A stretch of 64,000 nt of DNA from Klebsormidium nitens. Taxonomy: Eukaryota > Plantae > Klebsormidiophyceae. The notes below the pieces were generated by a model, which did no database searches, was not told the DNA's origin, and worked only from the letters and a program-made list of their open reading frames with translations. The stretch is taken from positions 257,515 through 321,514 of the forward strand of contig DF236982.1 in assembly GCA_000708835.1 (NCBI GenBank), read 5' to 3'. Position 1 is the first letter of the stretch. Every line of letters starts with the position of its first letter. Made by a program: the position numbers and the translations under genes. Positions 25,401 through 36,700 of this stretch are shown piece by piece.

Positions 25401-25877
25401 AAGACGGGATTCGAAAGTAGAAGACAGGTATGCTAGAGATGCTTGAAGCGCTTGAGATTTTGAACGCCAGACGCGTCTCATTAATGGGGTGACTGAGATT
25501 AGGTGCTACCAGCCAGTCTTTGTTGCGCTCCCAGAAAGCACATTTCAAGTGTGTTGCAGGTACATACGGGACACAAAATTTCAAGCTTACCTTGCAGCTG
25601 TCGTACTCGCCTCTCGCAAAGTGGATCCGTCGAGTCAAAACCTGATAAAGAAGTGAGAATAATGGGTTCAAACTCGGAAGCGTACAAGAAAGAAGACGAA
25701 AGTTGTAACAGATTTGTACCTAGCTTTTTGACAGTCAGATAGACCGATGCGGATGCTACGGTACGCTACGAGATCAGATGTGTAAGCACTGCACCCTAGA
25801 AATAGCTGGAAAGAAGTACAGCTAGCGGTACTGTGACGAAGTAAATTCACTCCAGCTTACCAGCTTTATGATGATAT
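22494..25877 (-). CDS. Chain of minus-strand exons encoding a low-complexity protein of unknown function; separate gene or C-terminal extension of the helicase
   Basis: Exons 25877-25861, 25641-25591, 25191-24669 and 24002-23505 have canonical sites and compatible phases. The 3' end is ambiguous (stop at 23173 or at 22494 depending on the donor used). Confidence 0.45.
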
Positions 25878-25905
25878 CTGCAATCTAAAGCAGTTATCGA
25901 AGACA

Positions 25906-28900
25906 CTAGTATCTGTTCCTCCCCTTGGCATCGCCTCGTCCCGCCGGCCTGGGATGTCTCTCGTTTCTCTCAATGTTTCTTGACGAGTTGATGAGCGTGA
26001 TGCTGTAGCCCGGGTCCTTCAGATCATCGAACCGGAGACTTGGCCACTCGATGTCGTAGCTGCAAGTGTCGATGCTTTCGTCGAAGACGATGAACTGCAC
26101 CGTCGGTAGGACCTCTTGAAAGGTGGCGCTGGAGGAATCTGTGATTAAGGAGAAATCGTGTCAGTTGTAAAACAAAAAGTTGGGAGGACTACATGATCTG
26201 CCACCGAGTGCGAGGGCTGAATTCGAGAATGTAACAGGTATCTCGTTAACAGAATTGCACGCGCACCTGAGACTAGGTGGCTTGCACGAGGATTATGATC
26301 CGAATCCTTCTAGACACGGGAAAATGGCACACGTGTCCTTCGATCACTTTCTACATTCACAGCAAGAATTCCTTCTTTCAGAATTTAGTGCGAAATCTAA
26401 TTCGAAAGGACAAGCCGAACTAATTATTTCGAGCCCTTGAGAACAAGTAGCAGTACGACCAACACTGTGGCTCACTCCGGCTGCAGTTCGTGTCGGCGGA
26501 AGCACTAGGTACCACTGGGTCAGAAGCACCAACCGGCACGTCCACCCGCACGATGTTCGAGGTTATGGGAGGATGTCCTTCTTCATGTAAAATCCTCTCC
26601 GCGTGCACCTCGTGGTCGTTGGTGACAAGATCAATGACCAGGGCACGCTGCGGCCGTCCCTCCGTCGACATCTTCGCATATGCTGGTGCGAAAGCGCTTA
26701 TGGTGGAGGGCGGGCATAGATCCCGCATCTTCTGATTGGCCGGATCGAACTGCCGAATCGGGCGCCCAGCAAGCTGGACGTATGTGCTGTAGCCACATGG
26801 CCGTAGCACGAAGACGCTGTTCATGCGGGCGTTGTTGTAGCTGCGGCCGAGTTTCCTCTTGTTGATGATGACGGCTGGGCTGGAGGCCAGTTTCGACTTG
26901 TCGTCGTAGAACACAACGCGGACCTGGAAGGAGGCTGCAGAATTTCCAAACTTGATCTTCAGGGTATCGGACGACGCTGTTGACCAGCTGAAAGTTTTCA
27001 CCAATGGCGCATCTGCAAAGAAACTTCTGATAACGTACAAATTCTAAAAAAGGTGAAATCTCGAGAAAGAAGTGGCTCTTCTGGGGTTTCAAGCAAAGCG
27101 TCCTTGATATGCTACTCTCGCAGGTAAGCTGAGTCATTCGAGGCGGTGGATAAGTTTGATCCCCTCGTATCCTCCTTTCCATCTTCAGTTGGAGGTGGTC
27201 ACCTGGACATTGGCATTGTTATACGTGGTGAAACTAGATCTTTTCTGGAGGAACCTGGTCTTGCAGGATTGTCAGACAAGGCTGTATCTAGGATCAAAGA
27301 GAACAGAAGTTACTTAGCAACGGGACCTGACTGCTTCTGTTGGAGACAAAATGGTCAGTGGTCTTGTGTCCATGAATTAGCAAATGCATCAATGAGCAAA
27401 GCGCGCTGGATTACATTGACTAAATGAACTGAAGCAATGTCATTGTTGTCATGACGCAACAGCCTCAGAACTGGTTTCAGTGAGTTGATTCGTAGGGTGG
27501 CCAGCTCACTTACGTCGTTAGTGAGCTGGCCACCCATCCTGCAATTGAACAAGCGTCGAAGAATCTGAGGTGGCGGCCCGGCGCACTGCACTCACCGGGC
27601 CCATCCTCACGCTGTCGTAGACCTCGTAACCGTCGACCTCATCTTCCTCTGAGTCGGAGTCGAGGTTGTCACCCGGCGGACGAATGCTCAAGGACGCAAA
27701 TTCAGCTTCGGCAAGATCGTAGAGAGCCTCCTTGAACAAAGAGACAATCTTTTCAGGGCGAAGCAGTGCTTTCGCCCCCTCTTCCAAGCTGTCCTTGCTG
27801 TCCATGATGAAAACCCCCAGTTGACCCGGGAAGCCGTGGTTCTCTGGTGCGTTGAGGAATTCAAAGAACACCTCAAGGCCCGCCCTGATGATCTCCCGCG
27901 CTTCGATCTCGGTCGACACGGCAGGGAGTCGCCGGTGCTTGAACGCCTCCTCTGTCGTCAACTCTTCGCCCGTTTTCCTCCTGCAGAAGCGTGTCGGAAC
28001 AAGTTGTGACGTGGATTTGGCTGAGGCATAAAGAGAGATTTTGTCACTCCGAAGGAGCCGAACGCATTCGAACACCCTGACTTCCCTTTAGAAAGCAATT
28101 GAAAGTATGATGTCCAGATGTAACTGCGTTCCGGGTTCAGCCCTCTGAAGCTGGTTCTCTGGTTGTATGTTGTTCGTCTTTCTGCTTGAAAGCTTATTGC
28201 GGCTGGGTCCAACTAGTTTTGCAAGCAATCAGTCCAACTTTCACTCTGGGGAGTGGTTGTGAGTTTCAGAGTTTTGGGTCGAGTTGTCGCTTTCACTTCG
28301 GATCTAATTTTCATACCTCGGTGGCGCCAACCTTGAACTTGCCTGAATGAAGGTTGCAGGTACGTGAAGTGGAGAAGGCGGACGTCACAGGTCTTGAGCA
28401 CGCTGGCGTAAGTCACGTGAGCATAAGGCTCTGGAAGCATAAGCAGGTTCCGATCTGTAGCCGAGAAGAAGGTGATGAAGGCCTTGGGCTTGAGCAGGTG
28501 CCTGACCCATTTGGCCCCTTCCCTGAAAAAGAAGAACCGAGAAGCATTGATATACTTGATCGAAGTAATATATGGAGCCCGCCATCATCCTGCATTGAAT
28601 GCTGCACAAAATGCAAAGATGGGATGCAATACTGCCAGTGCTCTTTTGAAAGTAGACGCTCTTGTTTGACCCGTGCTTCTCTTCCATCAAAGAGCGGGGC
28701 AGTCGACAGGACCCGGCGGTGTGAGTTCTGGTCTGCGGATTTTGTGAGGTTTGGATATAAGCTGGAAAAGGCTTCAATAGTGCAGTTGACTCTTGAGATG
28801 GAATCGATCAGGCCTCAGGTCTTCCCTTTGAGCCTCTTGCGAATGATTCCTAAACGACCACCGTTGTCAGTTGCGATTGTCGGTTGAAATGGTCAGTTGC

Positions 28901-31900
28901 GATTGTGCCATACAGATCTCGTACTCTGTTGACGAAAATGTTCGGCACTCACCTCTCAGCTGTTCCCCAATCGCCTTCGTCTACCAGGATCATTCCAACG
29001 TGCTCCAGAAAGTGGTCTCGAACGGGTTCACCCAGTGTGTGGACAGACTGAGGGCTCAGGATGAAAATATCGTGGTCTTCAATGTCCTTGTTCGAGAGTG
29101 TTTTGTTCCTGCAGAAGAACAGAAGAGTGTGTTGGACCGCTTGCATTATTTTGCACTTCCTGTCGAACTTCAAGAGACTTATCCTACTCAATCACCAGGC
29201 AAAATTGCGGAACGTTCAGCCTCAACAAGCAAAAGGATCCATTGCAATGAAGCCTTTTAAAACCCAAATCAGGAGGGAGTCGAAGCTCGTAGTGTTGCTT
29301 GTACAAGCATTCTTAGAGACTGCTAGGTGCTTTCGACCTCGGCACCTTTTTAGTAAGCAGATTCGAGGTGATGTCGCTTCGTTTCGTCGCCTGGATTGCA
29401 GAAGCCTTACAGTCCTGAATCATATGTTTCGAGTTCTTGCGCAGTACATGTTGATATACGGAGCAAGGAGCTCGTGCGGAACATTCTTGAAGATGTTTTC
29501 AGGACTCACGGTCTGCCTATGTAGACCCTACCCATGAGCCACTCCAAGGTCTTCAAGCTCAAGCCTCCACTCTTGTACAAAAGGGAGGAGTTTCTGGTGG
29601 CTTCTTTCCAGTTTTCTGAGTCGCGACCGCTCTTGGTCCCGGAAACCTCATCTGCTATGCTGTCTCTCGAAGCTAGCGTGCTGCACCACACCCAAACCTG
29701 CATGGCAGGGTCTACAGCAATTTCAACCCATCCGGAGTATCACAGTCTCCCAGAGCTATGCCTCGCGCAAAAGATAGATTCGAACATTTCTCAAGCCTGT
29801 TATTGACAAGCGTTCCTTGACAATCCAAATGTAAGCTTCTCTTGACAATAGCAATTTGGAGTCTAAATAGCAAGAAGCTTCAAGTGCAGACATCGGGATC
29901 TGCGGTACCATTCAGGTTGAAGTACAACATGCTACTGGCGAGCCTAACAAAAGTTTATCCACTTCTCTAAGGAAGAGAAGCGATCCTGAACCTGAATTCT
30001 TACCTTCTTCTCTGAGCCTCTTGGAAACGGATGGTTTCCAAGCGCGGCGAGCCACAGAACCAATGTTTTCCCCGAGCCTGTCCACATCTGCACACGAAGT
30101 TGTCAATCTCTCAGAAAACTGCCGAGCATTGCATCGTGGAAAGAGATTGCTCGGAAGATCTTTTCTAAGCCCACCTGCCAGGTTCTGCTTGTAACCAAAT
30201 GTGAAACATAAAGCCAGCTGAAAGCACCAACCCAGAACTAAAACATTCAAGCCATTCAGCTGCTTTGAAGTTCCGCATCCACCAGCAGACCACAAGGATC
30301 AAATTCAGCTCTGGCATCGAAGACGTTTAGGGCTTACCCGGCAGAATTGCATGCGATTGTCCACAAAGAATGCTTCTGCAGCCCTGTCTTTGTCGCCCTT
30401 CACTTTTATAGAAACTCGATCCTCTCCCCTGAGCGCGTGAACTTCGAAGAAGAAGTCGTCGAATCTGATTGAAGACTCCGCCGGAGGCATGTCGACTAAG
30501 TAGAACGTCTTTGTGACGAAAGCATTGTTATCTGCCTGCAAGTTGAGATGATAAAGACACCAGACATTTGGAATCTCCTCGTTCGCCATGCTTCAAGGAA
30601 TTTTATTCTGGCTCGGACTAGTTGGAAATTATGAAGAAAGCAGTCACTGCAAATACACATCGAGCCAGCTCAAGGTTCTACAAGGAAACTTGTGTGGATC
30701 ACATCAGTCAACAGATTTAAATCGATCTGAAGTCAATCTTTCAACCGGCGTGGTCTCATTATTTCACTTATCGTTTTGTCTTTGACTGAACATCCGGAGA
30801 GTGCAGCCAGCATATTCATTGCAAGCACCTTTTTGTTAAAAGCTTGCTTACCTTCCCCACCCTGCAGGTTTCACGTCGAGGCACACCTCGGCAAGAAAGT
30901 ACGATCCTGTCTTGCCCGTGGACATTCGAGTCGACACCATTGTCAAGTGACTCTTTCACCTCCGATATCTTCGAAAACTGATTGAAGCCGTTAATCACCG
31001 CCAGTTGCTGGCCTTCCCTCAGCTCGTTCCCAGGACAGTGCCAGTGCTCTCTCAAATGAGACCCATTTTGTGCAATGAATGCTCCAAGACCTATCCACGG
31101 AATACTCATGTATCGTCAGTCAGTCAATCAGCTGCATTTGACTTCGATGACGGGAACGATTGTTACGAAATAGAGATTGAAAGGGAACCAGAAGAGCTCC
31201 ACGCTGGAAAGACTTTATTACAGTTTACTGATCAAATCCAATCGGAGTGCTTCACGGGTATCAGTCAGAATTCCTATCTGAGCTAGTTTCAATTTCCTCA
31301 ATCATGAATGTCGTGCGGTCGTGCGAGATCGAACTCCTGGAGTCATGGGACATATCAAAGTCAGAGTTGAAATCTACAACTCAAAAAGGTCAAAATAGAA
31401 GTCTGCTCATAATGCCAAGAGCCATTGATCAAAGCAAAGATTGATGAGACAATCGATCATCAATCCATCCACACTGACAACCTCAAAAAGAGATGTTGGG
31501 AACGAGATTCTAGCAGCAATAAGATAGTTCTTCAAAACAATAATTTAAAGCTCGAGTACCAAACAGCTGGCTCAAAGCCCGCGAGCATCAAAGGTCTTAT
31601 CGAAAAGATACAGTGACGAATGGGTCTGATATCAGACACACAGACCAATGTTTGCGAGGAATCACGTGCCGGATACTTACTCTTGTCAGTTCCTTGAGGA
31701 GTTTTGGCTTTGTAATGCCTCAAGCAACCACAGGACTGTTTGCTGGAAGCCCCATCTAGTGCCGCTGATAGCGCAGCACACTCCAAACCTGGAGGATCAG
31801 ACCGGGCCTGCAAACCCGCAGGTTCCGGTACGCGAGTAAGACCTTGAGCCTGGCTTCCAAGCTGATCACCTGTACTTCGAAAAGCAGCTGCCAGATCTGC

Positions 31901-31990
31901 TAGGTCTTCTGAAGCAAGCTGCTGGACGGCGGCCGAAAGAGAGTAAGTTCCTTCCCCTTTACTTGTCGTGGGGAGTTCCATCCTTGCCAT
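25906..31990 (-). CDS. ~783-aa SF2 helicase/ATPase of restriction-subunit (ResIII-like) type with an N-terminal GHKL-like N-box
   Basis: Ten phase-consistent exons: 31990-31870, 31090-30852, 30535-30338, 30087-30004, 29697-29510, 29108-28953, 28522-28343 (GC donor), 27980-27596, 27043-26476, 26138-25906. Motifs: I MWTGSGKT, Ia VWVWCST, II ILVDEGD, III FSAT, IV LGVFIMDS, VI YVQLAGRPIR. The N-terminus has EVKESLDNGVDS. Confidence 0.85.
27495..27535. other. Perfect 16-bp inverted repeat (hairpin, 9-nt loop) inside a helicase intron
   Basis: gggtggccagctcact-tacgtcgtt-agtgagctggccaccc. Confidence 0.9.
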
Positions 31991-33745
31991 CGTTCAGAGC
32001 CCCTAAAAACGCAAGAAAACCAAGCCGCATCCGCTAACGCCTTCGGTCTCTGAAAAGGCCGTTTCTACTCGGCTAACTTCTGAGGGCCATTATTTGAGAA
32101 CTGGTCGAGGTAAGGCCGGAGTCCCTAGTTCTCTCACCCATGCGCATCCAAAGTATGCTCAATACCTGCAAGGAAGGAGCAAGCCCAAGGCCAATTTTCT
32201 CTCTGACTCGGTTGTTTCTCGGCGCAGCAAAGGTACGCTTTCCCCAAAAAGGGCGGAGAGGGCATGCTAAGACTATTTTATCACCAGCCGCAGCTGCTGA
32301 TCTCTCTCTTTTCAACGCTGGTGATTGTTCAATCTGCCATTACGCAGACGTTGACTTGATTGCTTAGGATGGACGACAATAGTTTTGACGCAGTTTCTCC
32401 CGCGAGCTAAGGTATTGTCTGAAAGTCTTACACTGCGTATTAATGGTGGACTGTCTCTTCGAGGTAGTGACGTGTCACGTCCTCAGTGGTAAGCAGCGAA
32501 ATGATCTTACAATATGACCATGTTGATGCGACTGAAAGCGACAAGAACAGATCTGAGATACGTGACCTTGAGCTAGCAAGACAGCTACTGTAGGATACGT
32601 CGTTATTGAAGTTCACATGCTTCCGTATCGTGATTTCGTGACCACTGACAGATTGCACTTCCTCGAAATCAACGACAAAGTGGAAGCCCTGACGTTGCGA
32701 TTAGGTCCAAAAGGACGAACGGAAGTTCTTGGTCATCCGACGTTCCTGACATTAAAAGCCAGCGTGGCTCAGAGTCGAAGCTATCCTTCGGCTGGATGCA
32801 ATGGCCTCGTCAGCGATCCGCTAACGTCTCAGGTGCATGAGTGCTGGTTTTTTGATGCCCTGTCCTAGAATCTCCTAGAAATTGTTGGGGCGGCGACATC
32901 CAGTGGCCCGCACGGAAGTTTTCTAGGTGTAATGAAGACGTCAATTCGTAAAACATCGCTTTCTCGCTTTGACTTGATTGGAGGAGAACTTTTCCGGTCA
33001 CTGCATGTGAACACGACTAAAGTCAGCTGCAGCGTGACATCTTTCCAAGCTTTGACTTCCGAGCATCCCGCTTGATCCTGGCTTATCCGCATGCGAAATA
33101 GAAGTCACCTATCAGCCTTTCCTTGAGTAATGATGAGGTAAGGTACGGCGGTCCTGCGGTGTGGTAGGAATGAAGTGCAATATATAGGAGAATGAAAAGC
33201 AGTTCGGTAGAGACGGCAGATTGGCTCCTACTTCGCATCGCACCTGCATTTTTGGCAAATTTATTACAAGCAAAGCAGCAAATTTCACGTGACAACTGAC
33301 AGATACGAAAGGCGCCAGAAAGAAAGGTTGGGGTTAGCTTGGTACTAAGCTCAAGGATGGGTGCGCGGAGGGCATGAAGCTGTCTGGGTTGGGATTGTTG
33401 ATCAAAGCGCCCCGATTCAGATCTGAGCCTTAGAACACAGCCGACCGTTGATTTTCATAAGAGTCATCTTCTGTCCCTGTGTTTTCTTCAAGTAAGAGTC
33501 AACGCGACAACCCTAAAAACTTCCACCTGGTGCAAGAAGGCCGACTTTTATTGCCTCTCTTGAAACCAACTTTCTGCTTGAGCCTAATTCAAAAGCTTTC
33601 CAAGCGCTCCGGCCGCGTATGGCATATTTGATAAGAATAAGTTGCCAAGATACTAAAATGAAGTATAAGTTAAACCGTACTCTTAGGCAGAAGTAAGATC
33701 TAGGGTGCGGTGGCTTCAATTGCTTTCTCGCCTTGTTCGCTGCAG

Positions 33746-36700
33746 GACCTTCCATTTTCAAAACCAGTGAAAATTGTCAGAGCTATTTGATGATGCACGA
33801 CTTGAATGTGAAAGGCTCCCAGGATGATGCTGGGAGCTCAGGTGAGTCTCTGCACGCAGGTAGGTTCAATAACATCCAGGATTGACGAATCGAATCGGTC
33901 CGTCGACATCATGAGCACGAAACAAATTGCAAAACGAGGGTTGTATGGGCGTTGAGACAAATTCAACAGCTTCTCAAATGTCTTGAGCTCGTTCCGATAA
34001 CGCTGCCCATCGGGACGCAACTTTTCCTGATCATCATATGTGTATGCAGGAATAAAAAGATATGAAGTCACCGACTTCTTCGTTGGAGACGAGCAGCAAG
34101 TCCCACAAGGTATTGAGGCAGGGGAAACGGGTACACGCCTTTTTCTCTCAGGAGTCCGATTCGAGGACGAGGTAGGAATACTTGAATGGACACTTTCACT
34201 TCTGAACCAAATAGTGCACTTCATTTCGGTCTGCTAGAGGGATCGATCCCTTTTTGTGGAAACTAGTTTACTTCGAATCCTTTCGAGCATGTTCAAAAGT
34301 CCCGTATCGAGATATTGTTTCGAGATATTGTTTCGACACATTGCGCACCACGCATCTGAATCAAGAATCAGTTTAATCCATCCTTCAGCACAGCTCGAAG
34401 AGAAATCTTTTCTGCCTGCGCTGGAGCGTGATGATCGGATGGGTTTCCGATAGTGTCCTACTTGTGTAAGCCTTCTTAGATGACTACGATATCTCTAGAG
34501 AGGGTCAGATTGGATCTCGGATAAGTCTGACCCATGCGCAGCTCTTGTCAGTACTCCGCTATGGAACTTCATTTGCCAAGGATGAACCTCCAATTTGCCA
34601 AAGATGACATTCAATCGTGCGACACGGGTACACGGGCCTTCGGCTTCTGATCACTTCCCTCGCAATCTACGTGAGGTTTGATGATTTGCTTTCCGACTTT
34701 CCATGTTTTCTGTCTTCAACCAGGGCCAGGGTATACACCAGACTGTGAGAAACCCGTCGAACCTGATAAGCGAGCGGATCACCGGATGGACAATCCATTC
34801 TTCGATACCCGCATCCCTTTGGGTGGTTTGCGGGTTGAATTACTATAAGTGCAATGATCCACGGGTTGATTACCGTACCACTTTCAGGAAGGTACTGCTC
34901 AAAGCCTTGCTTCTTTCGGGCGTGAGGTCAATCATGATGAACAGGTAAGCTCCTTTCAGTGATTGGCCCGGGTAATCAAGTACCGTAACCCCGCTTACTC
35001 AAGCCTGGCTTTTCTTATGAGTGATCCAAATTAGGCTGAGGTCAGAGATTATTGCGTACTGATAAGGTCTGATCAACGAAAACCAGTGCAATGACTGGTT
35101 CGCCTGAGATTCAACAAGGATGCCGAACTTCCCTTGAGAGTTGCTTCAAAAGATTTCAAACTAGTGACAAGTTTTACAATTACAGACACACCTTAAAATT
35201 TTGGTCCTCTGCGATATTGACTGTAGTGGTGCGTGTGAGACTCCTTTGTAAAAGACACGTTCTAAGACTTGTATCGAACCTCTTGCAGTGTGAAGAAGAG
35301 GCCGGAGAAGCTGGATGTTCCTGCTTTGCAATCATTGGCAAGCGCTGATCCTCGCTGGCAGGAAGCGCTTGGACACAAAACGATCGAGCACGCGGTGGCC
35401 CGTCACAAGGAGTAAGTATTAGCATTTCTGTTGATAGGACCGTAATGTGTGATCCGGCCTAAGTACCACTTAGGATATCCCGATTCCAGTGGAAGAAGCG
35501 CTGTTGGAAACCGTGGCGCGGCTGCGCGGGCGGCCGCTGTTACGGCAGCCACTCGAGGACTTATCGATATTTGGAAAATTTACTTCCGTCCTTCTGATCG
35601 TTAGCTTCAGCGAAACTGCATAGCAGCTTTGAACAGAACATCCTTCATTCCCTGCAGTTGGATTCTGAAGGTGGCTCAGGGTAACAAGGGTGGAAGCGAG
35701 TTTGAAGTCAGCTTTCAAACCAGTTCCAACGGATCTGATGGAGGTCTCATCGAGGCGGATGCACTTCGTGAGCATCCGGCGCCGCTGCTTCAGATTCTAT
35801 AGCTAGTGCCATTGCAAGCCTCGTGGTCGCTGGCATTGGGCTGAATGCAGATTGATCATCTGCGGTGCACCACAAACCGTACTCCTTCTAAGTGTGCAGT
35901 AAGGACGGTTTGTCAAACCATGTAACCCTCCCTCGATGAAGATTCAATTAATAATCTGGCTTTTCACTCTTGCAGAAGGTAAAGAAGGGGACCGCGGCCA
36001 GGATCATGGAAGGTCCAAGATAGAGGCTCTGATGTTCTGGATTTCGAATCAAGAGCATGCGGCCGACGCTCTCAACAAGGCAACCAACCACCTCGGGTTT
36101 GACAGGAAACTTCTCGAGAGAGTCCTGGCGGAAAATCTTGACGCTGAGGTAAGACTCATGCGCTGCTGAGAAGCAGGTCCGCGTACATAGTTTTGCGTGA
36201 TGGGCCCCGCTTTCCCTCAATTCAACAGACAGTTGGGTGTGAAAGGAGGTTCATTCATTTTCGTATAATCTTGCAGGACGACAAAGTGCGGGAGGTTCAG
36301 TGGGCTCAGCTGAGCCGCGGGGAGTTTGAAATACTCTTTCTCAAACTTGCTGAGCAGGTGGGTATTCTTCAGCCGGAAATTATGAATTTGAGATTCGTTT
36401 TTTCACCGATCACCTTCCCTGTCAGTTGCAGGCTGCAAGCGTTCTGCAAATGGTTCTGATCAATACTGAGGTACAGAGCACAGTATAAAGGGACCAATTC
36501 TATCCTCCCTGTCCACAAAGATTGAGATTGAGACGCAAAGAAATGCTTCTTACGTTCGAATTTTCTTTGCTCATGTGCGCAGTCCAACATCACGGAGCCA
36601 AAGGGTGACGTTTCTTCTCCTGGCAGCGGCGCTGTAATTGCGACAATGCATATCGGCAGACCAGCTTCGAGCCGTGTCACCGAAGAGATTCCGCCTGGAC

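Noticed and set aside
32370-33700. Further upstream exons or a GHKL N-box for the DRM gene
   Set aside because: Several GT/AG sites exist (for example donors near 32831, 33138 and 33492), but I could not build one unambiguous phase-consistent chain or find a convincing motif.
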